Shown here: piece by piece, positions 26,490 through 35,048 of the stretch
Layout of the letters: every line of letters starts with the position of its first letter
Numbering within the stretch: position 1 is the stretch's first letter
Origin: Candidatus Micrarchaeia archaeon
Lineage (GTDB): Archaea > Micrarchaeota > Micrarchaeia > Anstonellales > Anstonellaceae
DNA length: 64,000 nucleotides
Reading direction: 5' to 3'
NCBI GenBank assembly: GCA_041659465.1
Contig: JBAZYD010000007.1
Span: 5,670 to 69,669, forward strand
Position numbers and translations under genes: made by a program
The notes under the pieces: model-generated
What the model was told of the DNA's origin: nothing
Database searches by the model: none
What the model saw: the letters and a program-made list of their open reading frames with translations, nothing else

Positions 26490-28136
26490 CTAATTTCTCT
26501 TCTTGTCCAGCTGCGCAAGCTTCTTGTCGATTTTCTTCTCGGATTCCAGCCTTTCAAGCGCGTAAGAAGAATAATCCACGAACTTCATTCCCGATGCAAG
26601 GAGAGGGTGCGTTTCCTTGAGAAGCTTGTGCATGTCCTGCGCCACGCGCCTGTAGTCGATGTGCCCCTGGCGCATGGAGCGCAGCTCGCAGAAGTGGTAT
26701 GCCTCGCGCAGGTTCATCTTCATGTACCAGCGCATGCGGAAGCCAAGCGGAACGACGTACTGCGCTTCATAGGGCATTTCCTTTTCCATCTCGCGGAAAA
26801 GCGCGTCTGCAGGCGCAAGAGCGTCCTGGATTTGCCTGCCAAAGCCCGCATCAAGAAGCTCTTGCGGCATGTCAAATCCGTGGCGTGTGGTGAGAAGCTG
26901 GCGCTCCTGCGTGAGTATCCTGTGCCTGTGCAGGTCGCGGTACATGCCGAAGTTCCCTGTGACGCAGAAAGTATAGAAGGCGTTCTCGAACGCCCTGCCT
27001 GGCTTTTGCCTCCTGTTTGCGCGATTGCCGATGTAGGCGCGGATGATTTCCTCGCGCTCTGCTTGCGGCAGGCGCTTGGCGATTGATTGCGCTTCTTTGT
27101 ATGAGCAGTGGAGCTGAGGGAAGATTATGGCTGCGAGAACCTTGTCCTCGGCGTCCGAGTCAAAGTCGACAAGTGTGGTGTGCGAAACGTCATCCTTTGC
27201 CTCGCTTGCATGCTTTGCGGCGATTGCCGCTATTCTGTTGCGGTTTTCCATCATGTAGCCCTGCATTTCCTTGCCGTATTTGTCGTTTGCGCGTTTCACG
27301 AACGACGGGATGACTTTTGAGAGCTCGGACTGCGCCTGAGGCGCGATTGCGCGCGTTTCAGAGAGGGGGGAAGAGTACATTTTTGCAAGCAGGTACTCAA
27401 ACGCCCTGCCGTTGCCGTAAAAGCCGGCGTTTGTGAGCGTTGCTGCGGGGAGTATGCCGCGCAGCAAATCGCACACCTTTGCGCGTATGGTGGATGCATA
27501 TGCCCTCTCGCTCACGTCGGAGGCGCGCGGGTTTTTTTCCTCTTCTATTTTTGTGAGCTTTGGGATGAGGGATGCATAAGTGTCAAACAGGAGGTCCGAG
27601 GCTGCGATGTACTTTTCTGCAAAGCGGGAGGACATTATCTTCTCTTCGCGCAAGTACCTGTACTTGCCGTCCTCTTTCTGGTCAAAGTACACATAGCGGG
27701 TGGACTTTTCCAAAGGCGAGATGCCAATCCTCGCGTCCTGCATGAATTTTGTCGCCAGATTGGAGATGTTCTCCGCAGCCAGGTGCGCGCCGCCCAATTC
27801 AGCCACGGAATCGTCGCCGTAGCCGACAAGCACCCTGTCATAGAAGTCCTCGGCTTTCTTGGTGGCGACGATTTGCGACTCGCCGCGGTTTTTCATCTCG
27901 CCCACAATGGCATCAAAGCCGGATTCAGGGTTCAGTATGAATTCGTCCAAAAGCACGCGGCGAAGCGATTTGCTTGAGCGAGAGTAGCGTGAGAAAAGCG
28001 CGCCCTTGACCGCCTCGGGAAGGTTCATGAGGCAGAAGACGTCGGACGTGGTGCTGGTGCAGAACTGCGAGAGTATGCCCTGTTCGCTTGGAGTAAAAGT
28101 TTCCACGCACCCACCGCTTGAAAGATGACGTACCAT
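26490..28136 (-). CDS. thyX: FAD-dependent thymidylate synthase ThyX, long form
   Basis: YRDLHRHRILTQERQ (a variant of the ThyX RHR motif), plus a second ThyX-like N-terminal half (FSRYSRS). Confidence 0.7.
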   Translation of the reverse strand: MVRHLSSGGCVETFTPSEQGILSQFCTSTTSDVFCLMNLPEAVKGALFSRYSRSSKSLRRVLLDEFILNPESGFDAIVGEMKNRGESQIVATKKAEDFYDRVLVGYGDDSVAELGGAHLAAENISNLATKFMQDARIGISPLEKSTRYVYFDQKEDGKYRYLREEKIMSSRFAEKYIAASDLLFDTYASLIPKLTKIEEEKNPRASDVSERAYASTIRAKVCDLLRGILPAATLTNAGFYGNGRAFEYLLAKMYSSPLSETRAIAPQAQSELSKVIPSFVKRANDKYGKEMQGYMMENRNRIAAIAAKHASEAKDDVSHTTLVDFDSDAEDKVLAAIIFPQLHCSYKEAQSIAKRLPQAEREEIIRAYIGNRANRRQKPGRAFENAFYTFCVTGNFGMYRDLHRHRILTQERQLLTTRHGFDMPQELLDAGFGRQIQDALAPADALFREMEKEMPYEAQYVVPLGFRMRWYMKMNLREAYHFCELRSMRQGHIDYRRVAQDMHKLLKETHPLLASGMKFVDYSSYALERLESEKKIDKKLAQLDKKRN

Positions 28137-28197
28137 GTTTAAAACGTTTACATACCGAAAAAAGCCACCCTATTTAATTTTTATGGAGGTGGGGTTC

Positions 28198-28422
28198 ATG
28201 ACAGAGAAAAGGCCGTTTGACATATTGAATGCAGCGCTCAACAACAACGTGGTCGTGGGGCTGAAAGGAGGGCGGGACATCCGCGGGCTCATGGTCTCAT
28301 ACGACGTGCACATGAACATCGTGCTTGAGAAGGCGGAAGAGCTTGCCAATGGCGAGGTGAAGCGCGGGATAGGGACAGTGCTCCTGCGCGGCGACTCGGT
28401 TGTGTACATTTCGCCTGCTTAG
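28198..28422 (+). CDS. Sm-like protein (archaeal LSm/SmAP)
   Basis: PFDILNAALNNNVVVGLKGGRDIRGLMVSYDVHMNIVLEKAEE...GTVLLRGDSVVYIS contains the Sm1 and Sm2 motifs. Confidence 0.9.
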   Translation: MTEKRPFDILNAALNNNVVVGLKGGRDIRGLMVSYDVHMNIVLEKAEELANGEVKRGIGTVLLRGDSVVYISPA

Positions 28423-28438
28423 TTTGTTTTTTTTTTCC
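28423..28438 (+). terminator. T-tract after the Sm gene
   Basis: tttgtttttttttttcc immediately after the stop. Confidence 0.4.
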
Positions 28439-28443
28439 AATCG

Positions 28444-28547
28444 GTGTCGTGCTTGCGCACGACATCTACCGAAAACCTGCGGGTTTTCGCTATCAGTGCC
28501 GTGCTCGTGCACGGCATCTGGCAAAAATCCTCTGGGATTTTTACCAT
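28444..28547 (+). repeat. Two tandem 52-nt units, each with two 8-bp hairpins, ending at tRNA-Ala position +1
   Basis: Unit 1 (28444-28495): TGTCGTGC-ttgc-GCACGACA, atct, CGAAAACC-tgcg-GGTTTTCG. Unit 2 (28496-28547): TGCCGTGC-tcgt-GCACGGCA, atct, AAAAATCC-tctg-GGATTTTT. Four base pairs differ between the units and all four changes are compensatory. Confidence 0.75.
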
Positions 28548-28658
28548 GGGCTTGTGGCGCAACGGTAGCGCGCCTGCATGGCATGCAGGAGGCTGGGGGT
28601 TCGAAAGCTTTCGTCGGCGAAAATTTGCCGGCTATCGCCGTCAATCCCCCCGAGTCCA
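28548..28658 (+). tRNA. tRNA-Ala (anticodon GGC) with an about 39-nt intron in the T-loop (about 28606-28644)
   Basis: GGGCTTG/CGAGTCC acceptor with G3:U70, GCGC-AACGGTA-GCGC, CCTGC-ATGGCAT-GCAGG, GGGGG-TTCGAA[intron]T-CCCCC, discriminator A. T-tract follows. Confidence 0.85.
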
Positions 28659-28733
28659 TTTTTTCTTTTCAACCTCTACTTCCGGGAAGGCGCGCAAAGG
28701 CAGGCTTTTAACCCTTAACTGGAAAATCGCCAC

Positions 28734-28934
28734 ATGGCATCGGACAAGATGAGGGCGCTTGTAAGCTTCGCCAAGGTGCTAGTGGCGCTCGGCGTGGGCT
28801 ATGCGATTGCGTACGTGTGGAACGACACGCGCGGCGCAATCGACGACATCTGGGTCCCTTACGCCGCAGGCCTGGTCTCGGCGGTCATGGTCTTTGTGCT
28901 GCTTTCCAGGCTCAACAAGGGAAGCGGCGACTGA
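28734..28934 (+). CDS. Possible small 2-TM protein
   Basis: 66-aa ORF with two hydrophobic helices. Its stop codon overlaps the predicted 5' end of RNase P RNA. Could be spurious. Confidence 0.3.
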   Translation: MASDKMRALVSFAKVLVALGVGYAIAYVWNDTRGAIDDIWVPYAAGLVSAVMVFVLLSRLNKGSGD

Positions 28935-29242
28935 GGGCAGGCAGAAGGGGAAGCTTTTTAATCAGGCTCAACAGGAACGTTAGCGGGAGCGGCGGAAGGA
29001 CGGCCAACCAAGGCGCGAGACGCGCCGACGGAGGAAGCTCTGCCCACCGCAAGAGTCCTATCCCCTTAAGGGGGAATCGGGAACAGAAACGAAACTTTTC
29101 CGCGCGGATGAGGATGACGAAAGGAGACGCGCGAGAATTGGTGAAACGGCCCGTGTATGGATGCCATGCGCGGTGCAAGGCCTTTGTGCCGCTTAGTCCA
29201 ATGCCGTCTGAAACAGAAGGCAGGCTACTACCTGCCGCTCCC
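28933..29242 (+). ncRNA. rnpB: RNase P RNA (archaeal type A-like)
   Basis: P4 strands GGAGGAAGCUCUGCCC and AACAGAAGGCAGGCUA, GGUGAAACGGCCCGUG element, terminal P1 pairing GAGGGCAGG / CCUGCCGCUC. The overlapping ORFs are Arg/Gly-rich junk. Confidence 0.8.
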
Positions 29243-29308
29243 AACTAATTTCCCCCAGCCCGAAGGCTGCCCCCCGTTTTTAATCCTTCCTCATCAAATT
29301 AGCCTCGT

Positions 29309-29529
29309 GCCAAGGTAACTCAGAGGCTGCGATGTGCGCATCCAGCCGAGGAATTTGGTTAGAGTGCCAGACTCATAGAACCCAACTGCGCATTGCAGGC
29401 GGGAAACCGATGAGTGATGAGTGCGCGCCCGCGCACGATGATATACAAAGGCAATCTGAGGGAAAATGTTCCCTGAAACCAGCATCCGGAGAAATCTGGA
29501 AGTCGTGTGTTCAAATCCCACCCTTGGCA
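29309..29529 (+). tRNA. tRNA-Met or tRNA-Ile2 (anticodon CAT) with two introns: D-loop (about 29324-29353) and 37/38 (29378-29493, 116 nt)
   Basis: GCCAAGG/CCTTGGC acceptor, ACTC-AG[intron]TTTGGTTA-GAGT, CCAGA-CTCATA[intron]A-TCTGG, AAGTC, GTGTG-TTCAAAT-CCCAC (one U.C mismatch), discriminator A. Not initiator-like. Confidence 0.85.
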
Positions 29530-29620
29530 CATCTTACAAATGGCTAGCCTTGCCAATGAGCCGTGCATTAGCACGCATTAAAGCACTTTCTGACAATAAT
29601 GTGCGCTTGGGAGAAGCGGT

Positions 29621-29887
29621 ATGGCGCAAACGGCATTGCTGGGAGGGTTCTATTCCAGGGGGCTCAAGGCCGGCGCTGAAAAATCGCTGAAAGGCCTTTC
29701 CGAGAAGCTGGAAGCCGTGAAAGGGGGCGGGAAAGGGCTGGAAAAAATAAGGCTGGAGCTTGGCGCCATTCGCACGGAGCTTTCCAGGGCAACCAGGTGC
29801 AATGAGCTTTGCTACCTCATTGCGCGGCTCGGCACAGCAGAGCGCGACCTTGCGCTGCTTGAGTTTGGCGGGCAGAAAAAGGATTAG
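29621..29887 (+). CDS. Hypothetical small protein
   Basis: 88-aa ORF with a coiled-coil-like composition. No family recognised. Confidence 0.35.
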   Translation: MAQTALLGGFYSRGLKAGAEKSLKGLSEKLEAVKGGGKGLEKIRLELGAIRTELSRATRCNELCYLIARLGTAERDLALLEFGGQKKD

Positions 29888-29943
29888 CGCACCGTTTTCG
29901 CAGGTTTTTCCATATTCTTATAAGAATAATTCTCTCAGGCTTA

Positions 29944-29955
29944 TTTATATATAAA
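29944..29955 (+). promoter_or_regulatory. TATA box for the 29974 gene
   Basis: tttatatataaa lies 19-30 nt upstream of the ATG at 29974. Confidence 0.5.
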
Positions 29956-29973
29956 GAATAATGCAACACTGCC

Positions 29974-30342
29974 ATGCAAACACGCAGCGCAACGCCCAAG
30001 GGCAAGGCAGAGCGGCTTTCGGCAATAGCCAGCTCGTATTTTTTCCTGGCCCTTGAGCACAGGAGAAATGGCAAATTCGTGCATTTCCTGGAGCGCGCCG
30101 AGGCGCTCCACGGCCTTGCGGCGAAGGAGGAGCCGTCCTCGCCGGTGCACCTTAACAACCGCGCGCTTGTGCGCGAGGCAAGGGAAGACTTCGAGGGGGC
30201 ATTCCTGGATTTCAAGGCTGCAGAGAAGCTCTGCAACGGCAATGACCGCCTCCGCGCGGCAGTGGAGAATAATGCCTTGAAGACGGAGACGAGGCTTGGC
30301 ATTGAAAAACAGGGGCCCATTGCCGAGCCGAGGCTCCAATGA
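29974..30342 (+). CDS. Hypothetical protein (possibly TPR-like helical)
   Basis: 122-aa ORF with a consistent promoter geometry. No confident family. Confidence 0.45.
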   Translation: MQTRSATPKGKAERLSAIASSYFFLALEHRRNGKFVHFLERAEALHGLAAKEEPSSPVHLNNRALVREAREDFEGAFLDFKAAEKLCNGNDRLRAAVENNALKTETRLGIEKQGPIAEPRLQ

Positions 30343-30425
30343 GGGGAAAATGCCGCGGGCGGGCTTTCCAGGATTGGAGCTGGAATTCCGATAAGAATAT
30401 ATAGTGATTCTCATTATTCCTAGCC

Positions 30426-30968
30426 ATGGAAGAGGCAAAATTCATAGGGGAGCAGAGGAGGAAGCTTGGCATGACGCAGCACGCCCTTGCGCGCGCGGCA
30501 GGGGTATCGCAATCGCTTGTGGCAAAGGTGGAGGCTGGAAGCGTGGATGCCGCGTATTCCAAGATAAAGGCGATAATGGAGGCGTTGGAGCGCGCGTCGC
30601 TTTCAGGCGAGAGGACTGCGCGCGACATCATGCACACCGGCATAAAGTCGGTGCTGCCCTCGGATACGCTGCACGCCGCATCCGCTGCGATGAGGAAGCT
30701 CTCCATTTCCCAGCTTCCCGTGATGGAAGGCGGGCGCGTGGTGGGGAGTCTCACCGAGGCGTCCATACTTGCCTGCTTTTCGGACAAGAAGGACATCGCA
30801 AAGGTGCGCGTCTCCGAGGTGATGGACGAGGCGTTCCCCAACGTGCTCCCATCCACCCCGATATCGTCGGTCGCGTCGCTCCTGCGCCACCACCCCGCCG
30901 TGCTTGTCCTGGAAAGGGGGGAGGTGGCAGGCATCATCACCAAGGCGGACATCCTGCGCGCAATCTGA
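30426..30968 (+). CDS. Transcriptional regulator, XRE-type HTH fused to a CBS domain pair
   Basis: IGEQRRKLGMTQHALARAAGVSQSLVAKVE (HTH), followed by ARDIMHTGIKSV...LPVMEGGRVVGSLTE and VSEVMDEAF...GIITKADILRA (CBS). Confidence 0.85.
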   Translation: MEEAKFIGEQRRKLGMTQHALARAAGVSQSLVAKVEAGSVDAAYSKIKAIMEALERASLSGERTARDIMHTGIKSVLPSDTLHAASAAMRKLSISQLPVMEGGRVVGSLTEASILACFSDKKDIAKVRVSEVMDEAFPNVLPSTPISSVASLLRHHPAVLVLERGEVAGIITKADILRAI

Positions 30969-31065
30969 GTCGAAACCGGCAAATGCGCGGATGGCAATCC
31001 TGGCGCAGGCGGCATCGCGTGGCTATGAAGGCAGGAATAAAAATGCTCGCGGCTTATTTTCCGCC

Positions 31066-31740
31066 ATGGCTGACAAATCAAAGCTTGCATGCGCAAGGAT
31101 GGCGCTCTCTTTCGTGAAGCAGGGCATGTCAGTGGGGCTCGGCACAGGAAGCACTGCTGAGATTTTCATAGACCTGCTTGGGAAGAAGAACATGGAGGAC
31201 GACCTTGACCTCACGTGCGTGGCGACCTCGCGCGCCTCTGACGGGCAGGCAAGGAAGCTGGGGCTGAAAGTCGTGGAATTCCCGAAGATAGATTCCCTTG
31301 ATGCGGCGTTTGACGGGGCAGACCAGGTTGACCCGAAGCTCAACCTCATAAAGGGGCTGGGGGGCGCGCTGGTGCGCGAAAAGATTGTTGACTACCGCGC
31401 GCGCAGGTTTTACGTGATGGTCGGCGAGAACAAGCTGGTCAAGGCATTGTCAGGCATCGTGCCGGTGGAGACAATCCCCATGTCGGAGGAGCACGTGAGG
31501 CGCGAGCTTGTGGGCATGGGGGCCGCATCTGCGCAGACCAGGATGGACGGGGCGGAAAAATTCGTGTCGGACAACGGCAACCTGATACTTCACGCAGCCT
31601 TCCAGAAGATTCCCGACCCGGAGTGGCTGGACGCCCAGATAACCAGGCTCCCCGGCGTGCTTGAAAGCGGGATTTTCACTTCCAGAAACGTCACCGCCGT
31701 GGTGGGAAAGCCGGATGGCACCGGCAGGCTGCTGGAGTGA
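31066..31740 (+). CDS. rpiA: Ribose-5-phosphate isomerase A
   Basis: VGLGTGSTAEIFIDLLG, FDGADQVDPKLNLIKGLGGALVREKIV, PVET. Confidence 0.9.
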   Translation: MADKSKLACARMALSFVKQGMSVGLGTGSTAEIFIDLLGKKNMEDDLDLTCVATSRASDGQARKLGLKVVEFPKIDSLDAAFDGADQVDPKLNLIKGLGGALVREKIVDYRARRFYVMVGENKLVKALSGIVPVETIPMSEEHVRRELVGMGAASAQTRMDGAEKFVSDNGNLILHAAFQKIPDPEWLDAQITRLPGVLESGIFTSRNVTAVVGKPDGTGRLLE

Positions 31741-31744
31741 GCCC

Positions 31745-32248
31745 ATGCTTGCCCTACCCGAGAAGATGCGAGAGGATGTGAGGAAGCCCTTCGGCAGGGT
31801 GTTTTCAGGGAGCGCATCGCTTGCGGCCTGCAGGAAGGGGAAGCGCCCGCTCATCAGCGTGGGCGACCAGTGCGCATCGGACCTCATCGACGCCGGGCTG
31901 GCGCCGGACATACTCATTTTCGACTTCAAGATAAAGCGCGTGGAAATCCCCCTGGGCATGAAGAAAAAGCTCGCCCCGCATGCCGCATCCGCGTTCGTGG
32001 TGCTTTCGGCTGCAGGCGTGATAAGCGACGAGCTTGAGATTGCCGTACTGCGCGTGCTTGGGGAAGGGAAGGGCGCGGTGATGGTGGTGGGCGAGGACGA
32101 CCTGTCGTCGCTTTTGGTGATGGCGCACGCAAAGCAGGGCACGCTCGTTTACGGCCAGCCTGGCGAGGGCGCGGTCGTGGTGCCATTGGGCGGGAAGAAA
32201 ATAATGGAAACTGCGCGCGCTTTCCTTTCGAGAATGGAAAAACGATGA
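31745..32248 (+). CDS. GTP-dependent dephospho-CoA kinase (DUF359/COG1909, archaeal)
   Basis: LISVGDQCASDLIDAGLAPDILIFDFKIKR...VVGEDDLSSL matches the UPF0218/DUF359 pattern. Confidence 0.75.
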   Translation: MLALPEKMREDVRKPFGRVFSGSASLAACRKGKRPLISVGDQCASDLIDAGLAPDILIFDFKIKRVEIPLGMKKKLAPHAASAFVVLSAAGVISDELEIAVLRVLGEGKGAVMVVGEDDLSSLLVMAHAKQGTLVYGQPGEGAVVVPLGGKKIMETARAFLSRMEKR

Positions 32249-32260
32249 AGCGCCAGGCGC

Positions 32261-34981
32261 TCAATACTGCGTCGTCTTCGGAAGGAACTTCTTCTTCATT
32301 TCCTCGACGGCTATGAGAAGCGCCGCGGAGCCTGCGATGATGGCAAGGTCCTGCGCCTCGAGGGGCACTGTCTTGAAGATGCCCTCAAGGGGCACCAGGT
32401 AGACGATGGCAAGCTGCAGCGCGGCCGAGATTATTATGGCTGACAGCAGGTAGGAGTTGCCGAAAAAGCGCGTGAATATCGAATGCTTGCCGGAGCGGCA
32501 GTTGAGGGAGTTTGCAAGCTGGAGGAAGACGAACAGCGTGAACACCGCGGTGAACGACTTTTCAGGCTCGAACGACTGGTAGTAGGAGAACACCGTGAGG
32601 GATATCGCCGCCATCATGGCGCCAAGGAAGAGTATGGACACCACCAGGTTCCTGCTCAGGAACCGCTCCTTGGAGTCGCGCGGGAGCACCTCCATTTCGG
32701 TGTGCTTGGGCGGCTCCGCGCCAAGCGCGAGCGCCGGCGGGCCGTCCACCATGATGTTTATCCAGAGTATCTGGAGGGGGAGGAGGGGTATGGGGAGCCC
32801 GAGCACCGGCGTGCCGAACATGAGGAGGAGCGCCGCGACGTTCGTGGATATCTGGTAGCGCACGAAAGACTTTATGTTGTTGAAGGTGGTCCTGCCATAG
32901 CGCACCGCGTGCATGATGGAGGCGAAGTTGTCGTCGGTAAGGACGATGTCGGACACCTCTTTTGTGACGTCTGTGCCAGATATGCCCATGGCAATGCCTA
33001 TGTCCGCCTTGCGCATGGCAGGCGCGTCGTTCACGCCGTCCCCGGTGACCGCCACCACCTCGCCGCATTTCATGAACATTTCCACTATCCTGTACTTCTG
33101 CTCCGGCGTGACCCGCGCAAACACCGCAGCGGAATAGATTGCCTTGCGGAGCTCCTCGTCGGTCATGCCCTCGATTTCGGAGCTGTCGTATGCCTTCTGC
33201 CCGGGGGAGAGGAGCCCGATGTCGGACGCGATTGCGCGCGCGGTGGAAATCGAGTCGCCCGTGAGCATCACCACGCGTATTCCCGCGGACTTGCAAAGCT
33301 CGATTGCATGGGGCACCTCGGGGCGCGGCGGGTCGTGCATTGCCACGAGGCCCACAAGCACCAATTCGCGCTCGGTGTTCTGCGGCGTGTACTTTTTCTT
33401 CGCCCCTATCGGCCGGTAGGCAAGCGCAAGCACGCGCATGCCGTCGTTGCCCAGGGCCTGCGCCTCGTCGGCCATTTTCTTGCGATGCTTGAGCGAGTAA
33501 GGCACCTCGCCCCCCTGGAGCAATATCCTCTTGCAGTGCCTGAACATCTGCTCGGGCGCGCCCTTCACGAACGCCATCCTTATCTTCCCGTAGCTCCGCA
33601 CCGAGCTCATCATCTTGCGGTCAGAATCGAACGAAAGCTCCGCCACCTGGTCGTATGACGACCTGGCGGGCCTGTCGTCCCCGCAGCAGGTAAATACCGC
33701 GGACAGGAGCGCGGTTTCCGTCGGGTCGCCCGAGGGTATCTCCTTCCCGTCCTCCTCCACGACAATCGCGTCGTTGCACAAAGACATTATCTCCATGGCC
33801 CTGCGGAAGACACAGTCATTGTTGAATGTGGAATACGGGGGCTTGCCCCATCCGATGCTGTATGCCTTCTCGGCAAGCACTATTTCCCGCACCACCATCC
33901 TGTTCTGCGTGATGGTGCCCGTCTTGTCGGTGCAGATGACCGTCGCCGAGCCCAGTGTCTCGACGGAAGGCATCTTCCGCACTATGGCGTTTTTCTTGGC
34001 CATTTTCTGGACGCCGATTGCAAGCGTGATTGCAAGCACTGTCGGAAGCCCCTCGGGAATCACAGCCACTGCGAGAGTGACCGCCACCACGAACATGTCC
34101 ACCGCGGTCTCGCCGCGCATCATCCCGATGATGAAGAACGCCGCGGCAAGCGCGATGCCGGCATACCCCAGGGTCTTCGAAAGCGAGGACAGGCTCTTCT
34201 GGAGGGCGGTCTCCTTGTCCTCGGGCTGCGCCACGAAGCCCACAATCTTTCCGAACTCGGTGCGCATGCCCGTCTCCACCACTATGCCGCGGCAATGCCC
34301 GCGCACCAGGGTGGTGCCTGAAAACAATAGGTTAACCCTCTCCGAAAGCACTGTTGATTGCAAAAGCGCGCAGGGCTCCTTGTCGCTGTGGTGCGACTCG
34401 CCGGTGAGCATGGACTGGTCCGCTGCGAGGTTGGTGGACTCTATGATGCGAATGTCCGCAGGCACGCGGCTGCCTTCCTTGAGCACCACCACGTCGCCCG
34501 GCACCAGCATGGTGGAGTCTATCATCACGTCCTTGCCCGCGCGCACCGCCACGCACCGCTGCACCACCATCCTTTTCAGCGCCTCCATTGCCCTCTCGGC
34601 CTTGTACTCCTGGAAAAAGCCGAAGAATGCCGCGATGAGTATGGCGACCGTGATTGCCGTGCCGTCGATGAGCTTTCGCGGGTCCACGGTGAGGCCTATC
34701 GAAAACGAGATTGCCGCCGCGGCAAATAGCATGATTATAGGGAGGGAATTGAACTGCCGCAGGAGCATGGTGTACCAGGGGTCGCGCCTCAGCTCGACTA
34801 GCTTGTTCTGGCCCGTCTTTGCGAGCCTCTCCCTCACAACGCCCTCATCCAGCCCCGCATGCCCGGAGCCCAGCTTGAGAAAAACGTCGTCGAGCTTGAG
34901 GGAATGCCATTTTTGCTGGTCCATGGAGGAGAAAGGCAAAGCAGAATTAAAAGGCATGGGGGCGGCAACGGAATTGGACAT
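32261..34981 (-). CDS. P-type cation-transporting ATPase (P2, Ca2+/SERCA-PMCA-like)
   Basis: ICTDKTGTITQNRM (phosphorylation site), MLTGDSISTA, VTGDGVNDAPAMRKADIGIAMG, TGES. About 10 TM. Confidence 0.95.
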   Translation of the reverse strand: MSNSVAAPMPFNSALPFSSMDQQKWHSLKLDDVFLKLGSGHAGLDEGVVRERLAKTGQNKLVELRRDPWYTMLLRQFNSLPIIMLFAAAAISFSIGLTVDPRKLIDGTAITVAILIAAFFGFFQEYKAERAMEALKRMVVQRCVAVRAGKDVMIDSTMLVPGDVVVLKEGSRVPADIRIIESTNLAADQSMLTGESHHSDKEPCALLQSTVLSERVNLLFSGTTLVRGHCRGIVVETGMRTEFGKIVGFVAQPEDKETALQKSLSSLSKTLGYAGIALAAAFFIIGMMRGETAVDMFVVAVTLAVAVIPEGLPTVLAITLAIGVQKMAKKNAIVRKMPSVETLGSATVICTDKTGTITQNRMVVREIVLAEKAYSIGWGKPPYSTFNNDCVFRRAMEIMSLCNDAIVVEEDGKEIPSGDPTETALLSAVFTCCGDDRPARSSYDQVAELSFDSDRKMMSSVRSYGKIRMAFVKGAPEQMFRHCKRILLQGGEVPYSLKHRKKMADEAQALGNDGMRVLALAYRPIGAKKKYTPQNTERELVLVGLVAMHDPPRPEVPHAIELCKSAGIRVVMLTGDSISTARAIASDIGLLSPGQKAYDSSEIEGMTDEELRKAIYSAAVFARVTPEQKYRIVEMFMKCGEVVAVTGDGVNDAPAMRKADIGIAMGISGTDVTKEVSDIVLTDDNFASIMHAVRYGRTTFNNIKSFVRYQISTNVAALLLMFGTPVLGLPIPLLPLQILWINIMVDGPPALALGAEPPKHTEMEVLPRDSKERFLSRNLVVSILFLGAMMAAISLTVFSYYQSFEPEKSFTAVFTLFVFLQLANSLNCRSGKHSIFTRFFGNSYLLSAIIISAALQLAIVYLVPLEGIFKTVPLEAQDLAIIAGSAALLIAVEEMKKKFLPKTTQY

Positions 34982-35048
34982 GCAGTCAGCCAGCCCATTC
35001 TGAGGTCAAAGTAGTATTTTTATTCCTTCTGGAAGCATCATCTATACT

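Noticed and set aside
28444-28547. Tandem repeats as a CRISPR array
   Set aside because: There are only two units, they are contiguous without spacers, they differ by compensatory changes, and no cas genes are nearby. I saw no CRISPR array anywhere in the window.
28817-29574. ORFs overlapping RNase P RNA and tRNA-Met (28817-29248, 28912-29244, 29294-29530, 29359-29574)
   Set aside because: The region is explained by well-supported structural RNAs, and the products are Arg/Gly-rich.
29530-29620. Possible stand-alone C/D box sRNA (AAUGAGC ... CUGA) after tRNA-Met
   Set aside because: The C box is degenerate, the spacing is too short for two guides, and there is no terminal stem.
33615-35003. 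462-aa plus-strand ORF (and 32483-33658, 391 aa)
   Set aside because: Both are antisense to the P-type ATPase, whose catalytic motifs are unambiguous.
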